Assembly (NCBI GenBank): GCA_964234715.1
Contig: OZ174286.1
Direction: 5' to 3' (one strand)
Length of the DNA: 64,000 nucleotides
From: Podarcis melisellensis
Lineage: Eukaryota
Shown here: piece by piece, positions 1 through 10,833 of the stretch
How the letters are laid out: every line of letters starts with the position of its first letter
How positions within the stretch are numbered: position 1 is the stretch's first letter
The notes under the pieces: generated by a model
Database searches by the model: none
What the model was told of the DNA's origin: nothing
Seen by the model: only the letters and a program-made list of their open reading frames with translations
Made by a program: the position numbers and the translations under genes

Positions 1-3
1 TTT

Positions 4-15
4 GGTCACGTGACC
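4..15. promoter_or_regulatory. Palindromic E-box (GGTCACGTGACC) in HOXA11 proximal promoter
   Basis: Perfect 12-bp palindrome containing GTCACGTGAC (USF/TFE-type E-box) about 150 bp upstream of the HOXA11 ATG. Confidence 0.7.
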
Positions 16-120
16 AGCGCCTCCCTGCTAAGGATGGGGATAGATTTCCACGTCAGCTTTACGTCTCCAAATTTCTTACTTCACGGATCTGCTTCAAAGA
101 GGCAGCTGCATTAGAGAATC

Positions 121-156
121 ATGTTAAGCTCGGCTAATGCGGAGAGCCCGAGGTAG
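121..156 (+). other. HOXA11 uORF ([11 protein letters not shown])
   Basis: ATG at 121, TAG at 154-156, ending just before ATGATG at 161/164. Confidence 0.7.
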
Positions 157-163
157 CCTAATG

Positions 164-944
164 ATGGATTTTGATGAGCGTGTCCCTTGCTCGTCTAATA
201 TGTATTTGCCAAGTTGCACGTACTACGTGTCGGGTCCTGATTTCTCCAGCCTCCCTTCTTTCCTGCCCCAGACCCCGTCTTCTCGCCCCATGACATACTC
301 CTACTCCTCCAACCTACCCCAGGTCCAACCCGTGCGGGAAGTCACCTTCCGCGAGTATGCCATTGATCCGGCTAGTAAATGGCACCACAGGAACAACCTC
401 CCGCATTGCTACTCGGCCGAGGAGATCATGCACAGAGACTGCCTGCCCGCCGCCGCCAACACGGCCGCCGCCGCCGCCGCTGCCGCCAGCATGAGCGAGA
501 TGTTCGGGAAAAACACCGCCGCCGTCTATCACGGCCACCACCCGGCTACGACAGCCACCGCCGCCGCCGCCAGCGTCTCGTCCAATTTCTATAGCACCGT
601 GGGCAGGAACGGGGTGCTCCCGCAGGCTTTCGACCAGTTCTTCGAGACGGCTTATGGCACGGCCGACAGCCACTCGGACTATGCAGGCGAGAAGAACGGG
701 GAGAAGATGCCCCCGGGAGGGGGAGCCGCTCCCGGGCCGGCCGCCGCCGCTGCCGTCGGCGCAACGTCAAGTTCGGACGGGAGCTGCGCCAGGGACGCGG
801 CATCAGCGGCGGCGGCGGCGGCGGCGGCTGCAGCGAGCGCCGCGGCCTCGGCTGCGGAGGAGAAGGAGCGGCGGCGGCGGACGGAGAGCAGCAGCAGTCC
901 GGCTTCGTCTTCCGGCAACAATGAGGAGAAATCCAGCAGCTCCA
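164..944 (+). CDS. HOXA11: Homeobox A11, exon 1 (in-frame ATG also at 161)
   Basis: [68 protein letters not shown]-terminus; donor A|GTACGT at 944/945. Confidence 0.97.
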
Positions 945-967
945 GTACGTATAAAGGCAGCGCCCTG

Positions 968-1155
968 GCGCTTTTATGAAGCGGACTTGGAAATCTTAGC
1001 GCACCGCCGCTGTTAAATTTTTATATGCTGTTTTATAAGCATATAAGGTTTATGGAAGGGCCTGTAGATTTCCCCCAACAAAACTTTGTTATAAAAGGAG
1101 AGATCACGTGGCGGGGACTGAAATTGGCCGTGAAATACCCACCGGCCAATGGATG
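968..1155. promoter_or_regulatory. HOXA11 intron 5' element with TTTATG/TTTATA cluster, E-box and CCAAT; candidate antisense (HOXA11-AS) promoter/enhancer
   Basis: Repeated Cdx/posterior-Hox type TTTAT(G/A) sites at 974-1056, CACGTG at 1105-1110, CCAAT at 1146-1150. Confidence 0.55.
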
Positions 1156-2628
1156 CCTTTTTAAAACAAAAAAAGGGGGAAAAAGAAAACCCCCCCCCAA
1201 ATCATAAAAAAAGAATAAAGAGAGAGAGAGAGGATGTTGGGGAGAGAAAGGCTCTGTGGTCAAACTCTTGAAAATATAATAACGCACGTTTTGCGCCTGT
1301 AAATGTACCCAAAAGGGGATTTCTGAGTCCTTTGATATCCATGTAATCCTGTGATTATTTTTCTCTCTCTTTTTTTGGATTTTTTTTTTATAAAAGCCAT
1401 GTGTTTCCCCAGAAGCCTAGTTAGAAACTTGGATTCAAAGCCATCCCAGTTTTTTAACGATTGCCCGGGAATAGCGTTTAACAGAAAAACTAGCTGCCTG
1501 CACTGTAGCAATATAGTTAAAGCAACAGATTAACCTAAAGCTGGCCTTTTTTTGTCTAAAGGAAGCCATTTTCCTAAGGCACTGTGGCAAGTATGTGTTG
1601 CCTTCTGCCCAACAGTTTGCTACTTACAATTGCTATTCAACCTGTCACTGCCTGCTTTTATTTTTTTAATGTAGATTTTTCTTGCTCATCACCCCCTCAC
1701 CTTCAAAACCCTAGGAAAATAGCCTTGTAATGAGCTGTAACAGCAAATGGGGACGTGTTGTGTGTATGTGTGTTTGCAAGGAAATATAGGACCAATATTT
1801 AATGTAAAAAGCCTTTAAACTTTAAAGAAGGGGGGCCATGAACATTAACCCCAGTGTGGCTATGAAGGAGCGAAAGGACTTGAGAGAATATAGCAGAGGG
1901 GTTCATTTTAAAACACACACACTCCAGATGCGAGTGATAAGATGTAATGAACTAGTGGCTGTCCTAGGCGCTGGGGTACTGTTTTGTTATTTTTAAACAA
2001 AAGGAAGCTGCACACAAAAGCAAAACCAAGTTTAAGATTAGGAAAAAAAACCTCGGTCAATGTACAGGAGCCCATTTGGCTTCTCAGATCCTGGTGTCAT
2101 AATGTCCTTCAGGGGTGAAACAAGCGGTGGAGCTCTCTATGTCCTCTCTTAAAACTGAGTTGCAAAACTGGGTTGCAAGAACAGTGTCACAGCTGGGTTA
2201 GGTTACAGAGAGTCTGCCATGAGCCTCCTTAACCTTCCCGCGCCAAGCATTGTATTATTCGGGGACTGCTTGTGCGATGTCCATCTAGATCTTGTGCACT
2301 GCAGATTCTGCTGACTAGGGAGTCAGTAGTTTGGACACTGTGGGTTTTAATTTCATAGCATAGCGCCTCAGGTGTACTGCTTCAAGTGATGCTTCGAAGT
2401 GAAGATGTTGGGATTTTGGAATGTTGCATGCAAATATGTTCCTCAAATAAAGGTCAGGCTAATGCAGAAAGGAACGGAGCGTCAACTTTATGTAGCTAAT
2501 AAACCAGGCCTTTTCTCAATGGTTCAACCCAAGAATGTCCCTTTATTAAATATGAATTGCAGTCATCCCCCAGCCCTATCTGATCCCAGACTTAATGGCT
2601 TCTGCCTTTTATTTTTGTCATTCCACAG

Positions 2629-2861
2629 GTGGACAACGCACCCGTAAAAAGAGATGCCCCTACACCAAATATCAGATTAGAGAATTAGAGAGGGAATTCT
2701 TCTTCAGTGTCTATATAAACAAAGAGAAACGCCTCCAGCTCTCCCGAATGCTCAACTTGACCGACCGTCAAGTAAAAATATGGTTTCAAAACAGAAGAAT
2801 GAAAGAGAAAAAAATTAACAGGGACCGATTACAATATTACTCAGCTAATCCACTACTTTAA
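2629..2861 (+). CDS. HOXA11: Homeobox A11, exon 2 (homeodomain)
   Basis: Acceptor ttccacag|GT; [76 protein letters not shown]; spliced CDS 1014 nt. Confidence 0.98.
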
Positions 2862-4670
2862 AAAACTCGTAGCGTTTTTCAAGATGAGATTAAATTCAGA
2901 TCTCGCCCATGACAAGGTCAAGCCACAGGGTTACCTATGAGAAGGAGGTGTGCAAAGTGACGGAGGACGTTGGGGAAAAAACACCACACTAATATTTTTT
3001 TTTCCTTCCCCATAAAAATGTAAACCAACTGGGGTTTCCCGCTACTTTTCCCACCCCCCTAAAAAAGTTCTTCTTAAAGCTCTTGACATATCAACTGGAA
3101 ACGGTTTACACCCTGGACCCGCATTTCCAAACACGCCACCCCCATATTTTGCTCCGAGGGCAATTTTATACCTCTTACCTATAGACACTGCAACTCATCC
3201 CAACGCGAGTTCACACGTGAAAAAGCGGGGAGTGAATTATTGGATTCGTGTCGGTCTAAAACTATGTTACTTTGGTTTTACTGTGGAACATTGCTTGAAA
3301 GGCTACCCAGGGCTGCGCCTGATGGACTACTGCAAAAGAAAACCTACAGGAGCCCCCGCAACCTCTAAATGCACAGCCGCCGTCCCATCACCTTCCCCTC
3401 CTCTACCCTTAAAATGACAAACCTTCTTCCGCAAGAGCGGTTACCCTCTTGACCAAGTTCAAAAAAAATTAAGCAGTTGCAAGGCCAATCATAAATGTTT
3501 GTAGAGGTGTAGTAGTGTTGAGTCTAACCGTACTGTTGATAGGGAGTTATGGCGTGGAAGGTTTGGCAGTCTCCTTTTGAAAACATTTCAGGTATTAATT
3601 CGCCATATATGGTAAGGAAACAATCACTGAAGAGTCAAACACATAGCCACGTGCATTAGCTCTCGTTTATAAAAACCCCCAACAAAAAATGAACAACAAC
3701 TGTCGAAAAGTGGCCATCCCTTTGGAGACAAATCATTATGTTCTTATTTAAATGCTCAAAAAAAATTAAAAACCAAACAAATAAATAAAAGTGCACGGTG
3801 GGGTGGAAAGAGAAGGAGAAAGAAAGACTAATCTAATAGCTCCAAAGGGGGGGAACCGTAAAAGGAAGCTTCTGGCTTCTGTCTCACAAACTTTCTTCAG
3901 GAAATACCTGTGGAGAAGGACAGTTTGGCAAATACCACACAACACTTAATTGGACCCTGGATGTGTGCAATGCACTGAGATCAGATCATTAAAATAACTA
4001 GCGTTTTCTTTCCCTTAGAAGCCCAAGCAGAAGGCAAACAATGTAAATATGGTGGATTGGTTTTCAGATCTTTTTGTTCACTATTAAGTGTCGAAAGCCC
4101 TACTTAATCGCTCAGGCGGCAGAATCAAAGAACGGAGAGTTCCCTGGAGTTATTTTAAAGATATATAAAAGAAGTATATTTCCCTGCAGGAACCAAAGCG
4201 AGAGTGAGAAATAGAGAGAGAGAGAACAACGAATTTTAAAAGAAAGAACTATTTAAAAGTCTATATCAGTTTACAAAGGATATTGTGTTTTATTGTAAAA
4301 GTCGCTTGCTGTCGAGAATATCTGAATGTATATTTCATACGAGAATGGTGTTTTACAAGACTTGTACATTTTTAAATGATCCGTTTTGGTTGGTATATGT
4401 TTTTTTAACGGTCCTTTTCCTTGGAAAATGTCGAGTTTGTCCTTTTTTAAAAAAATATATATCTGTGCAAGAAAGATAAGGCGATTAGAATGTTGTAAAA
4501 ACCACCAGCTTCGAAAAGGGACACGATTTCTTTTACACGGTTCACAAAACGCAATACCTTTATATTCCAACACTGTTTGAAGATATGTATCGTCATATAT
4601 GTAAATACGGTTTCTTTTACTATGCGAAGGTCTTTCGTGGCATGTATACAGTGGTACGGCGCACAACGAA

Positions 4671-4676
4671 AATAAA
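4671..4676 (+). terminator. Probable HOXA11 polyadenylation signal
   Basis: AATAAA followed by a T/GT-rich tract about 30-50 nt downstream. Confidence 0.55.
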
Positions 4677-5859
4677 CATGTGGGAAATTTATAATAATAA
4701 TATTTTTTTTTTCTAATCCTTGTGTTGTATTCATGGATATTCCTTGATCTGGGCTCTGAGAGTTTGAATCATGGCTCCTGAATGGGATGCTATCATGGAA
4801 ATTCCATTCACCTATTGCTTCTGGTCCTTCAGGAGAAGGCAGGGCAACATGTCTGGTATTTATGAATGCGTAGGCAGACTGCAGCGAGCTTGAGGCCAGG
4901 TTTCACCGGTTTGTAGAAGTGGGAGGGGGTGGAGGATCACTCCTTCAAGTAACTGCAGATTACAGGCTTTATACATTTGCTCACAGGTGTAAAACCTATT
5001 AGAAAAGCTGGTGATTTTTTTCTGGGCTGGTCCGCTCTTGTTTATCTCGGGCGCCATATTACTGAACACACTCCTTTAAGTGCTAAGAAATGTTTGTGGC
5101 AGGATCTGATCCCCAAAACGGCAACGATAGCGAGGCAGAATGAAGCATATTGGTTGAAACGTGTTGGTTCCTCTGTGGTGACTCCTAGGGAAAGAGGATA
5201 GGGAGGCATTCCTCGTGCGAGTGAGGCCCAGATGGGCTGTGTGTGGTTTTCGTTCTTAATCTCTGGAGCGGGGGTGGAAATTAAAAAATTTTTAAAAAAC
5301 CCCACCGAAGACCTTTTTGAGGATGTGGCATGAGGTTGATTTTCCTCTCTTACACTTAATCAGGAGAGAAAGTACATACTGTTTTCTCCTATTGTTTATT
5401 GGCTTTGAACTTCTGTATTGCTTTGGACATCACCCATAACCTTGAGGTGAAGGGCTAACTGGCTCTGGGCTTTTGCTGACAACCCCCACCTAAGCCAGAC
5501 AGCGTCTGGTCAAAGGAAATGTACAAAGATGAAGCGGAGGGGGAGAGAGGAGAGAGAGAATGGAGCTCACTTGCTTGTTTGTTTATTTGGCTAGCATGCT
5601 ACAAAGGAATGCAACTCTTAAAAGGGAGAGATAGAAAGATAGATGGAGAGAAGAGAAAGAGAGGGAGAAGGCAGGGAGAGGAATAGGCGGGTGGCAATAA
5701 ATGTTCAGGCAGCAACTTCCTTAGCTAGTTAAAAATTAACTGGTTATTCATCTCTAGGTTGACTCATGGAGTTTCTCCAGTTTTGTGGAGAGGCTGCTGG
5801 TGATTTCCTGGCCCAGTTAAAAAAAGGTGGGGGGACATCCCATATGTGTTGCCGGGACA

Positions 5860-6226
5860 ATGCAGCTATAAAAGTGCCCTCGACTCCCCCCCCCCCCTCT
5901 TCTATTTGCATACTGGGAAAGCTGGGCTATAAACGAGGCGGAGGTTTGTTTCGGCCATCTCTGAGCTGCGGAGGGTAGATCCGCGGAGGGCAATTGTCTG
6001 CGCTAGCATCCGTTCGTTTAACGCGGGGCATTTGGAAACCGGCTGGCAGGTCAGCTCTGCGGAGCAACGCTGTTGCCACAAGATGGCGTTCTTCAGATCA
6101 ATGTCAAAGCCGCAGTGGGAGAAGAGGGGGAGAGGAAGGGGGGGTTGAAATCTTGGCCTTTGTTCCCCTTGCGTTCTAGGAGCTGCACATTATATTATTT
6201 CACTTTCCACGCTCAGATTTGCAAAG
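5860..6226 (+). promoter_or_regulatory. Candidate alternative upstream promoter and first exon for HOXA10 / HOXA10-HOXA9 read-through transcripts
   Basis: TATAAA at 5867 and 5928, octamer ATTTGCAT at 5904-5911, strong phase-1 donor AAG|GTAAGG at 6226/6227 in frame with HOXA10 exon 2. Confidence 0.55.
6074..6090 (+). promoter_or_regulatory. CTCF motif between HOXA11 and HOXA10
   Basis: TGCCACAAGATGGCGTT fits CCASYAGRKGGCR; position corresponds to the mammalian 10|11 site. Confidence 0.65.
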
Positions 6227-8707
6227 GTAAGGTGAAGCCGATTGCTCACTCCTTCACGGAGAAACACAAGGGTTGAGCCAGGAGCTGCTCTCTCACACAC
6301 ACTCTCAAGGCTGACTACTCCGGGCTTCCAGAGGGTGAGTATTTCCTTTGAGGCTAAGTTTGGTTGATTAAAGAGGAAGCAGCTCTTATCAAGGTGCAGC
6401 TGGAGTGACCTCTAGGTCTACTTGCTCTCGATTAAGTCCTTTCACGTTTATTTTAATTTCTTTTTGGAAGTGGAACTCCAGGGGTGTGGTGTCTTTTCGG
6501 AAAGCCAGTCATTAAAAGGTTGGCTGTGGAAAGTCTTGTTTGAAGGTTTGCTAAGTTTAGAGAGCAACTCCTCGAAAGGAGTGGAGAAAAGGTTTTCAGG
6601 TTGAAGGTCTGCCAAGCAATTCACGCGGTGGTGAAACAAGCGTAGGTAGGCCAAGACGGCGGCTTTCTTATAAAAGCTACATCCCTGGGAATACAGGATT
6701 ATGGATGTCCACGTTTGTCTGGAGGACGCTAGGTGTCTTCTATCAACTAGATCTATAGCGGCGTAGACTGAAAATGGCAGCTATTGGACTTGAGCTGTGG
6801 TTTGCTCATTCCAGTTTGGCCGAGTTCGCCCGCCTATGGTTGGTTTACAGCGATATTTATTAAATGCCTTTTTCTTCCGAGGCAGCGTCACTCTCCTCCA
6901 CTCTAAGCAGAAGGAGCTGGAAATCGATAGAGCTGGATGTAGAGTAAAAGCTCCTTTCGCTTAACACCCCCACCTCGGAGCGATCTCATGTAAAGCCAAT
7001 TCCTGGGTGGAGGTTGAATTTAAAATATCTCTGTTGATGCTGTCTCTATTGATCTGCAGTGTACTTGCTGTAGAGATATTCTGAGAGCGGAGCCATAATC
7101 TGGAAGGCCTAACCCTTGTATACAATAACAGGAAATTTACTTAACTGGACACTTGGAGCTACGGTCATCAGCATGCTTGCTGCAGCGAATTTGCAGGGAT
7201 CTCGTGTTATGATTATTCTGAGCGGGCCAATTACTTAAATAGGATTGAGGGATACCTAGCTTTCTCTAGATTGCTGCCTATTATACAACATCCAGAGGGG
7301 ATATTCTTGAGCTTCCTTTCGCGTAAAGCGCCTGGGATCAGATGCTAACGGTGAGAGTTACCAGTGTAGCACCCAGGATAGATTAGGAGGAGCAGTCCTG
7401 ATTTCTTAAGCAGTCGACGAGCTGACCTTGGGATAAATTACAGATTACAGAAGCTCGCGATGTGATTCCCCCCCCCCCACTTTACCCCACTCAGACAGGC
7501 CCAACTTTATTCTAGCAGTCTGCCTGTGGTATTAACTTCTTCGGCTTGCATATTCTGGTCCGAGTCATGTGTTATGTTAGAAAGTCTCTTCTCTTGACTA
7601 CGCACCGCCCTACTGAACTATGATTTCTGAAGTCCAGTGTTAAAGCTTTACTCGGTTATTAAGTTGGGGTGGAGGAGGCGAGGCGGGAAGACGGAGGGAA
7701 CTTTCCTACAGTGTTTATGGAAACAAAGGCAACCGATTCATAGGAGGGAAACGTTCCGCCCAGCAACTTTCTTGCATTTATTTAATCAATTTCTTAGGTC
7801 TCATTAGCAGATCACGTCACCAGTTACCTCGTGCTTCTGTAGTAGTAGCATGGTGTCCACATAAAATGATAAAAAAATTAAGCATAACAAACTCAAATGA
7901 GAGGTTTCCCCCTTCGTTTTAACAACAAAAAGAAAGAAAAAGAAACCAGCAAAAATGAATAAATACGTGTATTCAGAAGCATACTTTTTTTGTTTTGGTT
8001 GCTTCTCTTTCTTTCATTTCACCCAAAAATATAAACAATAAACAGGTTTCCACAATGGTTAGTCTCCAGATATCCTCTAGTGGTAAAATTAAGTTTGCTG
8101 TTGATCTAGGTCAGAAAGCAACCTTCCTTGTAGCTGATTCCTTATATTCACTCTTCCCCACCCGCTTCGATTTCTAATAAGCTGGGATAGTGTGCTTGGG
8201 GGAAGAGGGTGAAAATGACTCTACGTTCATAATATGCTGCGATTGCTTTTTCGCACACAAGCACGCCTAAGGTCTTTAAAGAGGCGTCTTCCACTTCGAC
8301 GTCTCCTTCGGATATCTAGTATTCCCCATCCCACCCCAAATCTGTGCAAAGAAAATGCCTCTGAGAACGAACCATGGCCGAGCTTCAATATAATTTTATA
8401 TTATAATTTCACGTTATAACTTAGAAATGCAAATAGATATCCCTCCGCGAACAGTTGCTGCCTCCTAGTTTGAAATAGTGTGCCAAACTCACGTTGAAAA
8501 GAAAAGAAGAAGCATAGGTTCAGACATGCGCCTCGCTTTGACTTCAACATATTATTGCCTAGCCTAAATTATTCGAAGGGAGAAATCCAACTTTGCTGGA
8601 GTCAGATCAATGCACTCTCTCCAAATTTCGTTGCTACGCGCACAACATAATGGGCTACTAGAACCAGACGGGAGTCTACGACGGAAAATGCTAGATACGT
8701 GTCTGCT

Positions 8708-9075
8708 AGCCCAGAGCTAGGCTTGCTAACCCAGAAGTGAGTCGCATTAAATTCAATAGGGCTTCAAGTCTCAGGTTAAGTGTGCGCAGGATTGTAGTAT
8801 TTAATAACTTTCTTATGCTCCGGATCCTCTAGCTTAGGCTTTGGAATGGCCTTATTTTGAATGTGAGCCCCACTGAGACCTGAAAAGACTTGTGCTCAGC
8901 TCCCATTCCTTAGGAGACGTTGATTTGGGAGAGATGCCCTTGACTTCAACTGAATTTACGTCCAAGTAAATACGCATTCATATACTTCTGTGGTCCCAGC
9001 CACTCTCGCGCGGAAGGATGTCCTATTGAAATCAGCAGGACTTCCTTCCCGACCGACGCGTTTAACACTGGGGTG
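8708..9075. mobile_element. Cluster of 2-3 degenerate hairpin MITE copies
   Basis: cagaagtgagtcgcattaaattcaatagggctt...caggttaagtgtgcgcaggattgtag matches the family consensus; weaker copies near 8910-8975 and 9010-9075. Confidence 0.5.
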
Positions 9076-10794
9076 CCAGGCTGCGATCCTGCGCTCGGTT
9101 GCCCGCACATAAATCCCATCCCTATCAGAGAGAAGAAGGAAGGTAGTCACCAGCAAACCAGTGAGCAGGATTTCAGCCAGACCAGAATCCCAGCTGCCAG
9201 GAAAAAAAAATGGGCTTAAGGTGCAAACGAAGTCCAAATTTTAAAGGAAATAAATCTCCCAAACCCGATCGTCGCTCACTCTTTACCCTTCAGGCCCTCT
9301 CCCCCCCTTCCCCCCTCCTTTTAACCTGAAAGAATTTCGAAACGAAGATAAAAAATTACTTCGGTAGTCGTTTGACACCTTTTCTTGGCGCAGAGATGCA
9401 GTTCTTAAAACGCCTGATGGAAAGCCGCCTGTTTGGAAATTTTTCCAGAGGGAAAACTGCCTTGGCACACAGTCACATTCTTGACAACTGACACTTTTAA
9501 TATTAAATAATTGCGCACTGATTGTATTAATTTGGGTGGAGATTTACAAAATGCAATCTGCGGCTATATATTTAAAGGCAGGCAGCCTTCCGACTCCCAT
9601 GATAGCTTTTACATTTTTTCCTTCCTCTCCGCGCAACCCCCCCCCCCGCCACCGCCAGCCCCTTTCCCGCAAAACCTCAATTTACCCATGTCAGAAATAT
9701 AAAGCCCGCTTTAATTAGCATACAAAATAGCATCCCTTTCTTAACAATGTTGTACCTTTTTAGTTCCTCCTGGAAATAAGTAGTGGATAAATCATTCTCT
9801 TCAGCGAGTGGGATTTTAAAGGAAGAGAGACAGAAAGTGGTAGGGGTGAAATCCCTCCTTCGATCTAACTGGGCTTAAGTTATTGTGTCTTCCTTAGCCC
9901 TTCCAGTCTTTTTAAATTTTCAGTTCAAACTCATAAAACAGCCTAACGACTGTACTAATGCAGCCATTATATTTCTCTTGGACCAATAACTGTGCTGTTG
10001 TTGTTTAAAAAATTAATAGGATATCTGTGTCTCCGCAGTGTGCAAGAGCTCGTCTCCCCACCGCTCACCTCAAACTACCAGCCCTTTGGGTGGCTTCTGA
10101 GAGCCTTCGGTCCATTCCATAACTCAACTAAAGAGACTCTAGGCTTTGCCGACCCACATGTTCCAGCGCAACCTGGTTGTAGAGCTGACTGGTTGTTTGC
10201 TGGTGCTTAACCCGCCAACCCTCCACCCACCCACTTCCCAATCTCCCAGACGAGTTTGTTGGCAGGAGCAGAATGAAAAAGCAGTCATTTCTCTTCTCTC
10301 TCTCTCCCCCCCCCCCGCGCGCCCTGCATAATAGTCTCAAGAAATGCTATAAAGTCCTGGTTAATGTCCGAGACACATTGTTAAGTGTTTAAAATGTTAC
10401 CGCTACACACAATGCACGCCAAAGTAGTTTAGTTTGCTCTAGAATTGACCATTATCTTTTATAGTTAAAAATCAAGTGCACATTATTAGTTTTACTTCAC
10501 TGGCTTTGACGATGCTTTTGGCCTTGTTAGCGATTAAAGAAAAAGGCGCCGAGAGCCGAGTTCACGAGCTCCTCCTCACGCGGTCCAAAAGCTTCCCCGA
10601 CTCAAATGCTAGCCTTCTCTTTACCATTGACCTCCCCGGGCTTCGGATCCGGCCCTGGGTGCCTTGACCATCAAAGCCCAGACGCTTTGGGTCCCACAAA
10701 CGCAACCATAAAAGGGGGCCCTGGATACGAGGGGCCGCTTCCTTATTGCCTTATACTTTGAGTGAAAAGGAACCAACAGTATCCTTGATTGCAG

Positions 10795-10797
<3 letters not shown>

Positions 10798-10830
<33 letters not shown>
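10798..10830. repeat. (GT)n microsatellite
   Basis: Direct reading. Confidence 0.95.

Positions 10831-10833
<3 letters not shown>

Noticed and set aside
314-921. Antisense and alternate-frame ORFs over HOXA11 exon 1, and similar ones over A10, A9, A7, A6 and A5 exon 1
   Set aside because: Expected shadows of GC-rich, stop-poor coding sequence; no recognisable domains
7350-7445. Possible old SINE (MIR-like) fragment containing gctgaccttggg
   Set aside because: Similarity too short to support without a profile search
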